This document shows, piece after piece, positions 1 through 8,488 of a stretch of DNA of 64,000 nucleotides. Source of the DNA: Candidatus Latescibacterota bacterium (GTDB taxonomy: Bacteria > Latescibacterota > UBA2968 > UBA8231); the NCBI GenBank assembly GCA_965203355.1, contig OZ241889.1:2880001-2944000 (forward strand). Direction: 5' to 3'. Every line of letters starts with the position of its first letter. Position 1 is the first letter of the stretch. The notes beneath the pieces were generated by a model, which had not been told where the DNA came from, ran no database searches, and saw only the letters and a program-made list of their open reading frames with translations. A program made the position numbers and the translations under genes.

Positions 1-2104
1 TATAATACTCCTCGTCATACCAATCCTGAACCCACTCCCAAACATTCCCGTGCATGTCATATAGACCCCAAGGATTCGGCGACTTTTTACCTACCGCTTT
101 TGCTCCGGTGGGAGAATTGTTGTCGTGATACCACGCATAATCCGCCAGCAGGCTTTCATCATCCCCAAACGACCACCGCGTATCTGTTCCCGCTCGACAC
201 GCATACTCCCACTCCGCCTCCGTCGGAAGACGATACAATTCCTCGTCCGCTGCCGCATTTAGACGACCGATAAACTCCTGCACTTCATTCCAAGAGATAA
301 TCACGGCCGGATGAGATGAGTCTGCCTTAACTAGGCTCCGACCAGACCAAGGCTCTTCACCCATCACCGACTTCCACTGTTCCTGCGTGACCTCGTATTT
401 CCCCAACCAAAAACCACGACTAATCTCTACCTCATGGACTGGACTTTCGTCTCTTCGGCCTGTATCCGACCCCATCTGAAACACCCCTCGCTCGATCCAC
501 ACAAACTCCATCTGTGCTCCTCCAGGAAGCCGCGAAACCGATACTTGGTCGTCCGTCTCTGTGCCATCGTCCACCACTTCGCCATCATCCGTCCCGGCGT
601 TGCCTATATCAATTATATCAGAGCCGTCCACGTCCATCACGCGAATCGCAGAGTAGTTAGCTTCGCGCACCACGAAGGCGATCTGCTGGCCGTCCGATGA
701 CAAGGAGGGGTAACTAGCACCGGTTGTTAGGTCCTGGAGATTGCCGCCATCTAAATCCATCGCGTAAATCGCAGAGTTAGGGCCGCTAGTGGTCGCAAAG
801 ACGATCCGGCCATCTGGCAACCAAGAAGGAGGAGACGGGGCCGCCTTGTGATCGGTCAGGCGTTGGGGTTTGGGGGGTTTGTTCTCATCCAACAAATCAA
901 TCACGTAAACCCCCCTACTCTTGTCGTCGCGCTCGGACACGAAGGCGATGTATCGACCGTCTGGCGACCAAGAAGGATAGTTATCCCTAGCCTCGTGATC
1001 GGTCAGGCGGTCGAGATTGTTCCTATCCGAATCCATCACGTAAATATCAAAGTTGCCAGCGCGATTGGACGCAAAAGCGATCTGACCATCTGGAGACCAA
1101 GAAGGATGATTATCCATAGCCTTGTGAGGGGCCAAGGGTTCGAGGTTCTTCCCATCCGAATCCATCACGTAAATATCAAAGCTGCCAGCGCGATTGGACG
1201 CAAAAGCGATCCGACGACCATCTGGAGACCAAGAAGGATGATTATCCGTAGCCTCCTTGCGAACGTTCAAGGAGTCGAGGTTCTGCCCATCCGAATCCAT
1301 CACGTAAATATCAAAGCTGCCAGCGCGATTGGACGCAAAGGCGATCCGACGACCATCTGGAGACCAAGAAGGATGCGTGTCCGAATACTTCAAGGCCGGT
1401 TTCCCGCTCACCATCGTCAACGGCTCCGCTTCCACTACCAACTCTACGGCTGCCATCCCCGCTCGAACCTCAAAAGCTGCATCCGTATAGGTCGTCAAGC
1501 CCTCGCCCGAAACAACGAGACCATATTCCCGTCCCACCGCGTCCGTGGACATAGTCGCCGCTGTCGAGGAAGTCGCCGCGATCCCCGCCTGCCCATCCAC
1601 GAGCACCATGCGCTGGGTCTGCTGCCCTCCACTCGTCGTCAACCGGTAGAAATACACCCCAGCCGCCATCGCCTGTCCCGCCGCATCGGTCGCGTCCCAT
1701 TTCGCCGTGTGAAAACCGGCCTGCTGCTCCGCGTCCACTAGCGTCGCAACATGCTGTCCCAACACGTTAAACACATCTAGCCGCACCTCGGTAGCCGCAG
1801 GCAGTTGATAAGGGATCACGGTCGAAGGATTGAAGGGGTTAGGGTAGTTATGTCCTAGGGCAAATCCCTGCGGCAAGGCCGCCCCGCCCAACGACGCCAG
1901 CGGCAGCGCGAAATACCCAGACTCGTCGGTCATCGCCCGTGCCACCGCGCCTTGATGCGAATCAGCTAAGTCAAACAGCGTTACTTGTGCCCCGGCCACT
2001 GGTCGCCCATCGGCAAGCCGCACCTGCCCGGAAACAGTGGATTGCTGCGCCATATTCGCTTGACAGAGTATCAAGCCCATCAGACATACCATTAAAAGCT
2101 TCAT
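1..2104 (-). CDS. Secreted multidomain protein (3' end outside window): carboxypeptidase-regulatory-like + FlgD-Ig/T9SS-CTD-like module, PD40 (TolB-like) beta-propeller, C-terminal formylglycine-generating-enzyme (FGE/SUMF1) domain
   Basis: Not in the ORF track (no stop in window). Manual translation from ATG 2104 gives MKLLMVCLMGLILCQANMAQQ...HNYPNPFNPSTVIPYQL...; repeated PSWSPDG..IAF.S motifs at ~680-1380; YRLPTEAEWEYACRAG and NPWGLYDMHGNVWEWVQDWY at 20-240. The frame is the same at both ends and open in every segment I translated. Confidence 0.88.
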   Translation of the reverse strand, partial: MKLLMVCLMGLILCQANMAQQSTVSGQVRLADGRPVAGAQVTLFDLADSHQGAVARAMTDESGYFALPLASLGGAALPQGFALGHNYPNPFNPSTVIPYQLPAATEVRLDVFNVLGQHVATLVDAEQQAGFHTAKWDATDAAGQAMAAGVYFYRLTTSGGQQTQRMVLVDGQAGIAATSSTAATMSTDAVGREYGLVVSGEGLTTYTDAAFEVRAGMAAVELVVEAEPLTMVSGKPALKYSDTHPSWSPDGRRIAFASNRAGSFDIYVMDSDGQNLDSLNVRKEATDNHPSWSPDGRRIAFASNRAGSFDIYVMDSDGKNLEPLAPHKAMDNHPSWSPDGQIAFASNRAGNFDIYVMDSDRNNLDRLTDHEARDNYPSWSPDGRYIAFVSERDDKSRGVYVIDLLDENKPPKPQRLTDHKAAPSPPSWLPDGRIVFATTSGPNSAIYAMDLDGGNLQDLTTGASYPSLSSDGQQIAFVVREANYSAIRVMDVDGSDIIDIGNAGTDDGEVVDDGTETDDQVSVSRLPGGAQMEFVWIERGVFQMGSDTGRRDESPVHEVEISRGFWLGKYEVTQEQWKSVMGEEPWSGRSLVKADSSHPAVIISWNEVQEFIGRLNAAADEELYRLPTEAEWEYACRAGTDTRWSFGDDESLLADYAWYHDNNSPTGAKAVGKKSPNPWGLYDMHGNVWEWVQDWYDEEYY

Positions 2105-2240
2105 AGAACAATCCCTTATCATTGTGAGATCAGAAATCGGCCTTTGGTTGGCGTGGTTCGTCGCTTTTTAAGGCCGTTTTGAAGGAACAGCAACCGGAAC
2201 GGGACTTCGCTGCGCCTCGCCATGCGGTGTTGTAGAACGT

Positions 2241-2280
2241 TAAGTCCCGGCCAGACCTACTCCTGCCCAGCCGGGACTTA
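2241..2280 (-). terminator. Strong stem-loop downstream of the 2374-3369 gene (terminator/stabilising hairpin)
   Basis: TAAGTCCCGGC...GCCGGGACTTA inverted repeat; on the minus strand it extends to 16 bp with G-U pairs. There is no clear U-tract. Confidence 0.55.
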
Positions 2281-2441
2281 CCATCACACAGATTAATCGG
2301 CGAATGTCGCCTTGATACGGCCCCAAGAGGAAGCCTCAGTGGCAGCGGCAGAGACCGGCTACCATCACACAGATTAATCGGCGAATGTCGCCTTGATACG
2401 GCCCCAAGAGGAAGCCTCAGTGGCAGCGGCAGAGACCGGCT
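2280..2441. repeat. Exact 81-bp tandem duplication of the gene 3' end
   Basis: 2280-2360 is identical to 2361-2441 (accatcacacagattaatcgg...agagaccggct). The unit encodes PVSAAATEASSWGRIKATFAD-stop plus 13 nt downstream. Confidence 0.95.
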
Positions 2442-3369
2442 TAGCCGCCGGCCGCCAATAAGGCGCAACATCAATCACATACTCATCCGGGTCATGCACG
2501 GCCGGCTGTAAAAGCCGAATACTGGTATAGTCGAACTCCGCATAAGGAAAACTTTCTCTACCCCCTAAGGATTTTGTAAGGCCCTGTTCATTTTGTTCCC
2601 CCACAAAAGTCAAATCCTCGTTTGGCAGAGTCGCCTCCTCAGATGTCTTCGCCCGAATTGTAAATGAAATAATGCGAGGAGCCACCATTATGTCATCATA
2701 GACTTCAACTGGACATCCCAGACAAGGAGCAGCGGGACCGGATCCAAACTCCGTCCGCGACGCTTGGAAACTGTCATGGACTTCAACCAAATCGCTGAAG
2801 ATAGCATACAATTCCTTGCGACAGCGCGGCCTATTATCATTACAGGCTCGATATTTTTGAGAGCCATTAGCATTCAATCCGTCCGGCTCGTATCCGTCGG
2901 TTTCGAAAAACGCTCTCAGGGTCTGTCGTGGATCACCAGGTAATGGTTCACCGTACTGGGGCCCCTCAAGGCCTAGAATGTTTTTGAAAAGCGAGTCCTC
3001 AGTAGTTTTAGCATAAGCCAAGGGAATCCAAGCTGGATACCAAGAGCTGGTACCATCGCCACGATTCCTTATATCCGCTTTTAAGAAAGCCTCAGCCGCT
3101 AAAATTCGCGCCGCATTGTCCCGCGCCACCTGAGCTAGTTGCGCTTCTCTTGCTGGGGTAAAATCGCGCTCGAACGTCGTCCAAAGTAAAGGATCGCGCC
3201 ACTTTACCATGTATTCCTCCACTTCCTCCGTCACTTCCTCGTCACCTATGGGATCCACCATATAGACAGCAACCGTTACCCAATCATCCTCTTGGGCGAA
3301 AGACACGTTCAAAGCGAACAACATGCTGAGAAATAGGGCAATCATTCGGCCCCCGTTAAGTATAGCCAT
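2374..3369 (-). CDS. Secreted hypothetical protein with C-terminal SWGRIK tail
   Basis: 331-aa ORF; AGGAGG RBS; signal peptide (…FLSMLFALNVSFA-QE); AT-richer than flanks; ends AAKPVSAAATEASSWGRIKATFAD. Confidence 0.8.
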   Translation of the reverse strand: MAILNGGRMIALFLSMLFALNVSFAQEDDWVTVAVYMVDPIGDEEVTEEVEEYMVKWRDPLLWTTFERDFTPAREAQLAQVARDNAARILAAEAFLKADIRNRGDGTSSWYPAWIPLAYAKTTEDSLFKNILGLEGPQYGEPLPGDPRQTLRAFFETDGYEPDGLNANGSQKYRACNDNRPRCRKELYAIFSDLVEVHDSFQASRTEFGSGPAAPCLGCPVEVYDDIMVAPRIISFTIRAKTSEEATLPNEDLTFVGEQNEQGLTKSLGGRESFPYAEFDYTSIRLLQPAVHDPDEYVIDVAPYWRPAAKPVSAAATEASSWGRIKATFAD

Positions 3370-3424
3370 GAAATAGGCCTCCTATATTATTGCCTGCCAA
3401 TCTGTTGACAGTATGTGATTGCCC

Positions 3425-3441
3425 GTTTCAATAATTGAAAC
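3425..3441. promoter_or_regulatory. Palindrome, candidate operator of the divergent XRE regulator
   Basis: GTTTCAAT-A-ATTGAAAC, a perfect 8-1-8 inverted repeat in the AT-rich divergent intergenic region; function inferred. Confidence 0.3.
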
Positions 3442-3750
3442 AGGCGCCGCAAGAAACGATATCCTGCATGAAATGAATCCGACCTTAAAGGCCAGATAGA
3501 CTGGGAATTGACTAATGCTGTTCAGCTATAAACCTCAATAAACCCTCCTTTCCAAGAGACATCTTAATACAATGGGTTGCGGGAGCTCACGTAGCTCAAA
3601 GCATCTGGTCCGCGAAAATGTCTGTTGAGACAATAAAAAAAGAAAAACATGTATATAAGTCAATCATAAATTTTCAATGATGCCTTATAATACCTGTTTT
3701 TATTTCAATAAATACAACAATTTAAAGAAAAATGGACTATTTAAGAGGTA

Positions 3751-4110
3751 ATGGTACCCGACATGGATACAGGTATAGATGTCAGGAATGAGGTCTGCTC
3801 CAGGGTGCAGCAGCTACGTCGCCAGACAGGAATAACCCAAGAAAAGCTGGCTGAACAGGCCGGACTTAGCGTGGACGGGATCCGAAAGATCGAGGGCCGG
3901 AGGGCAACGCCGAGCTTGGAAACGCTTTATAAAATTTCAAAAGCATTGCGGATACAGCTAGTGGACTTGATAAGATATGAAGGGGAAATGCAAACGGAAA
4001 AAGGCAGAGAACTGCAAGAATTTCTCATGTATCTAGCGACGAAAAAGCTGGCGGATATCAGACTGGCTAAGCGGATAACCAGAGCGGTGATGGAAGAACT
4101 AGGGGAATAA
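3751..4110 (+). CDS. XRE/HTH_3 family transcriptional regulator
   Basis: LRRQTGITQEKLAEQAGLS…IRKIEG…PSLETLYKISKAL, a typical XRE HTH. Confidence 0.9.
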   Translation: MVPDMDTGIDVRNEVCSRVQQLRRQTGITQEKLAEQAGLSVDGIRKIEGRRATPSLETLYKISKALRIQLVDLIRYEGEMQTEKGRELQEFLMYLATKKLADIRLAKRITRAVMEELGE

Positions 4111-4176
4111 CAAGAAGTCAGAAATAAGCGACTGTCGATGATAGAAATCGTCGGTATTCCCAACCAACTTCGCGTC

Positions 4177-4734
4177 CTATCTCCGCTCTAAGGCCGCGAA
4201 CGCGGGCTTTAGGGCCTGATAATCCGCCCCCAAACGGGCGAAGATGGCGGCCCACCGGTGCGGATAGGATGGATGGCTGTTATTGGGCAAAAAGCCCAAC
4301 TTGAGATAGCTGCGCAGTGCCGGGATGCGGAAATCGTCCGTCAGCAAGTATATGGGCCTAGCACCTAGCGCCTTGGCTTGGGCTACCGCCGCTGCTACGA
4401 TGAACTTGCCTAAGCCGTGCCCCTGAAAGGCTGGGTGGACCGCAACCCAACCAATCTCCCAACATGGCCGCAGTTCGCGGGTGCGGTCGTTACACCCTGC
4501 ACAAGCGACGATCGGCCCCTCGCACTCGACAAAAAGCAGGACCCGAGTTCCTGCCAAAACGTCCGCTAGCCGTTGTCGATCCCAATGACCTAGCTCGCCG
4601 TTAGCCTGCAATAGGGCTAACCAACCCTCCTCGTCGCCCGGCTGGTACGTCCGCAAGCGATAGCCGGCCATGGCTGGTACGTCCGGGGCTGTCTCGCGCC
4701 CATACCAGAGGATGAGCTGGGGCAAGCGACTCAA
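4177..4734 (-). CDS. GNAT family N-acetyltransferase
   Basis: Motif A VAVHPAFQGHGLGK; motif B ALRSYLKLGF. Confidence 0.85.
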   Translation of the reverse strand: MSRLPQLILWYGRETAPDVPAMAGYRLRTYQPGDEEGWLALLQANGELGHWDRQRLADVLAGTRVLLFVECEGPIVACAGCNDRTRELRPCWEIGWVAVHPAFQGHGLGKFIVAAAVAQAKALGARPIYLLTDDFRIPALRSYLKLGFLPNNSHPSYPHRWAAIFARLGADYQALKPAFAALERR

Positions 4735-5141
4735 GCGCGACCTTCCCGACGGCGAAAGAGAGACGACTTAAACTGCTCCGGGCAATGGGGCTGAAGCACG
4801 ACGATTTCGCACTGGGGGAAGGCTTCGGCCAAGCCCTGTGGCCTTCTTTGGTCATAGCCGAGGGCAATAATGTGGGGCGCGATCTCGCCGACGATGCGCA
4901 AAAAGTTGCACCCCTCGTGGCCGAGGCGGACTTCGGTGACTTCGGGCAGTTTCGCCAGCGCGGCTTTGCGCTCTTCTTGGGATTGATCGGGATAGTGCCC
5001 CTTGATGCGTTGGACGTTGTCGTCGCGGGCGACCACGACGAACAGTTCGTCGCCCAGCGCAGCCGCCTGCGCGATGAAGGAGCGGTGACCTGGGTGCAGG
5101 TAATCAAAGGTGCCGCAGCACAATACGCGCGTTTTATTCAT
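4731..5141 (-). CDS. Cytidylyltransferase-family nucleotidyltransferase, archaeal-type FAD synthase (RibL)-like
   Basis: GTFDYLHPGH (HxGH), GDELFVVVARD, IIALGYDQ. Confidence 0.75.
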   Translation of the reverse strand: MNKTRVLCCGTFDYLHPGHRSFIAQAAALGDELFVVVARDDNVQRIKGHYPDQSQEERKAALAKLPEVTEVRLGHEGCNFLRIVGEIAPHIIALGYDQRRPQGLAEAFPQCEIVVLQPHCPEQFKSSLFRRREGRA

Positions 5142-5571
5142 CAGCGCGCCGAGCTATCCAATACTCGACACCGCGATCCTTGGCAAAAATGCGGCCAAAG
5201 CGGTCGGCGTCGGCGCGGTTGGCGAAATAGCCGATCCGCACCCGCACGCCAGCATCGCTTTGCAGGCTATAGGCCGTATAACCCTCGTCCTTCAAGGCAC
5301 GCACCTTCTGATCGGCGCGTTTCGCATCCCGAAAGACGCCGACTTGAATGGTGAATGGGCCGTCGGGATCGAAAAATACAGGGCTAACATCGCTGGTATC
5401 GCTGGTATCGCTGGTACTGGCTGGGGTCGACGCGGAGTCCGTTGGCGTTAAGATGACTATTTCACTGCGGCCAGCGGGTTTGGATTCGGGAACATCGCTG
5501 TCGGCGCACCCCCCGATCCAGAGAACGGTCCAAGCGAGCATCCACAGCCAACTGGGATTCGCCGTGCTCAA
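5134..5571 (-). CDS. SPOR-domain lipoprotein
   Basis: Lipobox-like WIGGC; FTIQVGVF…A…RVRIGYF SPOR signature; S/T/D linker encoded by a 9-bp repeat at ~5388-5424. Confidence 0.8.
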   Translation of the reverse strand: MSTANPSWLWMLAWTVLWIGGCADSDVPESKPAGRSEIVILTPTDSASTPASTSDTSDTSDVSPVFFDPDGPFTIQVGVFRDAKRADQKVRALKDEGYTAYSLQSDAGVRVRIGYFANRADADRFGRIFAKDRGVEYWIARRADE

Positions 5572-6857
5572 TGTACAGCCTTGAGTGCATCAAAGTGAAT
5601 GCGGAGCGTTTCTTCAATGTCCCCTTCTTTGTGGACGAGCGAGGGAAACATGCACTCGTATTGGGAGGGCGCTAGATAGAGGCCCTGCTCTAGACAGGCC
5701 CAGAAATAGTGCTTAAAGCGCGTCAGATCAACCGTTTCGACGCTGGCAAAATTCACCACCGGGCACGAAGTAAAAAACATGCAGAGCATGGCACCAACTC
5801 GGTTTAGCGCGTAGTTCAAGCCTAATTTTTGTAGGTTGTCGGCCATGCCAGCCGCCAAGGCGGCGCAGCGGCTCTCCAGCGTTTCATAGACGCCGGGTTC
5901 GGCCAACATGTTTAATTGCTCTAAGCCCGCGGCCATGGCGAGCGGATTACCCGATAAAGTGCCGGCCTGCGAGACCTTGATGCCCAGCGGCGACACGTTT
6001 TCCATGATCTCTCGCTTGCCGCCGTACGCCGCGGCCGGCAAGCCACCACCGACGATCTTGCCCAAACACGTCAGGTCGGGCATCACGCCATAGCGCTCTT
6101 GCGCCCCACCACGGCCGACGCGGAATCCCGTAATGACCTCATCGAAGATGAGGACAATTCCCTCTTCGTCGGCTATTTGGCGCAGCGCGGGGAGGAACCC
6201 CTCGCGCGGCGGCACGGTTCCCATATTGCCGGCCACGGGTTCGACGATAATCGCGGCGATCTGGCCGCTGTTTTCCCGCACGGCCACGCGCACGGCATCC
6301 GCGTCGTTATACGGCAGCGTCAAGGTCGAATCCACCACGCTTTGCGGCACACCTGGACTTGTGGGAACGCCTAAGGTCAGGGCCGAAGATCCTGCCTCGC
6401 TCAAGAAGCTGTCCCCATGCCCGTGCCAGCAGCCCTCGAATTTGGCGATCTTGTCCCGGCCGGTATGGCCGCGAGCCAAGCGCACCGCCGCCATCGTGGC
6501 TTCGGTCCCCGAACTGACCATCCGCACCATCTCGATGGAGGGCACCATCGCCACAATGCGCTCGGCCAGCGCGATTTCCAGTTCGGTTGGGGCACCAAAA
6601 CTGGTCCCCTTTGCACAGGCTGCCTGCACGGCTTTTACGACGCGAGGATGGGCATGGCCGAAAATGAGTGGCCCCCAAGAGCACACGTAGTCAATGTATT
6701 CGCGGCCATCAATGTCAAAAATCCGCGAACCAACTCCTCGCTCAATAAAGCGAGGACCACCACCCACTGCGCCAAAAGCTCGCGCCGGACTGTTCACGCC
6801 CCCGGGCATGACCTGCTGTGCTTGGGCAAAAGCGGCGGCGGATCTAGGTGCTGGCAT
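5568..6857 (-). CDS. hemL: Glutamate-1-semialdehyde 2,1-aminomutase
   Basis: [50 protein letters not shown]. Confidence 0.97.
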   Translation of the reverse strand: MPAPRSAAAFAQAQQVMPGGVNSPARAFGAVGGGPRFIERGVGSRIFDIDGREYIDYVCSWGPLIFGHAHPRVVKAVQAACAKGTSFGAPTELEIALAERIVAMVPSIEMVRMVSSGTEATMAAVRLARGHTGRDKIAKFEGCWHGHGDSFLSEAGSSALTLGVPTSPGVPQSVVDSTLTLPYNDADAVRVAVRENSGQIAAIIVEPVAGNMGTVPPREGFLPALRQIADEEGIVLIFDEVITGFRVGRGGAQERYGVMPDLTCLGKIVGGGLPAAAYGGKREIMENVSPLGIKVSQAGTLSGNPLAMAAGLEQLNMLAEPGVYETLESRCAALAAGMADNLQKLGLNYALNRVGAMLCMFFTSCPVVNFASVETVDLTRFKHYFWACLEQGLYLAPSQYECMFPSLVHKEGDIEETLRIHFDALKAVH

Positions 6858-6904
6858 GAGTCTATATCCACTTAATACGCGAATCCGAGCGACGGAACAA
6901 AGAA

Positions 6905-7426
6905 TTAGTCGTCGTAATCGTCATCGTCGTAATCATCGTCGTAATCGTCGTCGTGATCATCGTCGTCGTAATCGTCATCGTCGTAATCATCATCGTAATC
7001 ATCATCGTGATCATCGTCATCGCGATCATCGTCGTAATCATCATCGTCGTAATCATCGTCATCGTAATCATCGTCATCGCGATCATCGTCGTAATCATCG
7101 TCGTGATCGTCGTCGTCATCATCACGACGAGCAGCATTGGCACACGCTGCCTCATAGATATATTTGCGGCCGGCAACCACCAAGGTATCAGAGAGTCTTA
7201 TCCAGCCCGATTCAATGGTGTAGCGGATCGGTATCGTTATCTGGAGTTCCGGGTTTGCGGTGCCGACTGTCTTGCCAGCAACCGCTAGATAGTTGACCCC
7301 GTTGATCGCTACAGTCTCCCAAGCCGCGTCAATTTGCGCTGGTGTAGTGCTCGTCGGCGGCTCTTCACCACAAGACCACAACATGCCAATGCTACCAAGC
7401 AAGCCCCAGCAAATGATCCTTTTCAT
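6905..7426 (-). CDS. Lipoprotein with Asp-rich low-complexity C-terminal tail
   Basis: AAGGAG RBS; lipobox LWSC; 72-aa tail built of (D3-6)[YHR] units. Confidence 0.8.
   Translation of the reverse strand: MKRIICWGLLGSIGMLWSCGEEPPTSTTPAQIDAAWETVAINGVNYLAVAGKTVGTANPELQITIPIRYTIESGWIRLSDTLVVAGRKYIYEAACANAARRDDDDDDHDDDYDDDRDDDDYDDDDYDDDDYDDDRDDDDHDDDYDDDYDDDDYDDDDHDDDYDDDYDDDDYDD
6908..7123. repeat. Degenerate 12/15-bp minisatellite (GAC/GAT triplets with TAC/CAC/CGC) encoding the poly-Asp tail
   Basis: Seen directly: continuous gtcgtcgtaatcgtcatc-type repeats. Confidence 0.9.
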
Positions 7427-7504
7427 TGGCTATCTCCTTTGGGTAAGAGGGGTGTCGTTAAACCTTATTATAAGGTAATACGTAATACCTCGCATGATTA
7501 AGGG

Positions 7505-8488
7505 TCAAACTCCGAGTGCGTTCACCCTCAGTAAAAGCCCAGCGTCTTCCTCTGCCAAACGCTCCAGCACGACCAGCCGATACGTCCGCCCGTGCTCGTG
7601 CATCTCCAAGTCGGCCAAGATGGCTAATGGATAGGCTTCGGTCTCCAAAGCGGCGATGAAGGGGTCGAAATGGGCGACTTGAACCACGGCGATCCCACCG
7701 GTACGCAACCCCCGCGCCAATTCGGCCAGTTCAGCGGCCGGGTTCTCGCCGGCTAAGCTAAAGGCGTAATCGAGATGGGCGGCCACCAGCGGCAGATGAT
7801 CCAACGCGGCGATGAGATGCGCTCGAATACCTACTAGCAGACGCGGAGCAAACGCCTCCTTTAGTGCGGCCAACTCCCGCGGATCGCGGCGCGCCCACAG
7901 GACACAAGCCCCCGGCTGCATAGCTACCAAGCGAGCCAAGCAATACGCCACGGCTTCATTCGGCCCAATGCCCTCCCCTAGCCGCAACCCCAACAGGGCA
8001 CGGCGCCCGGTCAGTTGCAGGTGAAGCCGCAGCAAATTCGGCCCGTTGCCTCGGCGCAACCCGTGTTTGTCGCGCAAAACCGCCGCCACGGCCGCGGTCA
8101 GCTCGGCCGCACTGAATCGGTACCGGCCCCGCAGCGTCGCGCTCAAGGTAAAAGCATGGGGGTCAATCGCCGTGGACTGGACCTGAGCGAGGCTTTTGAC
8201 CGGCGTCAGATCGCAGCGGGCGATGTGTTGGCAGATGTATTCGAGGCCCGGTCGCCCCACCGTAACGCCGTGCATCTGAACGAGTAAACCGGCGCACTGC
8301 ATGGCCGAGCGCAGTTGTAGCAGTTGCCGGGGGCTGCGCTTGTACGTGAAGAAAATCTGGCCCACACGCCCGCCCGGTTCGACATTGACCTGCTGCACCT
8401 CGGGCGCGTACTCGCGCAGTTCGTCGAGTGCCACGGCCTCCAATCCACTTGGCACCGCAATCCAATAGCGATAGATCTTGTCGGCCAT
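7505..8488 (-). CDS. THUMP-like / RNA methyltransferase-like protein (SAM motif degenerate)
   Basis: N-terminal VPSGLEAVALDEL resembles the RlmL/Trm14 ferredoxin-THUMP start; C-terminal Rossmann-like ELARGLRTGGIAV; TAATG overlap with the upstream stop. Confidence 0.55.
   Translation of the reverse strand: MADKIYRYWIAVPSGLEAVALDELREYAPEVQQVNVEPGGRVGQIFFTYKRSPRQLLQLRSAMQCAGLLVQMHGVTVGRPGLEYICQHIARCDLTPVKSLAQVQSTAIDPHAFTLSATLRGRYRFSAAELTAAVAAVLRDKHGLRRGNGPNLLRLHLQLTGRRALLGLRLGEGIGPNEAVAYCLARLVAMQPGACVLWARRDPRELAALKEAFAPRLLVGIRAHLIAALDHLPLVAAHLDYAFSLAGENPAAELAELARGLRTGGIAVVQVAHFDPFIAALETEAYPLAILADLEMHEHGRTYRLVVLERLAEEDAGLLLRVNALGV

Noticed and set aside
434-1741. + strand ORFs 434-700 and 848-1741
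   Set aside because: In-register antisense shadows of the minus-strand PD40/FGE gene.
1-2441. Diversity-generating retroelement (FGE target plus nearby repeat)
   Set aside because: The 81-bp copies are identical and belong to a different gene; no reverse transcriptase or avd is in the window. The FGE 3' end is outside the window, so a DGR cannot be excluded there.
3425-3441. CRISPR repeat (GTTTCAAT / ATTGAAAC termini)
   Set aside because: Single 17-bp palindrome; no array, spacers or cas genes.
6694-7296. Arg/His-rich, Ile/Val-rich and Met/Thr-rich ORFs over the minisatellite
   Set aside because: Alternative frames of the triplet repeat; only 6905-7426 has a clear RBS and lipoprotein signal.
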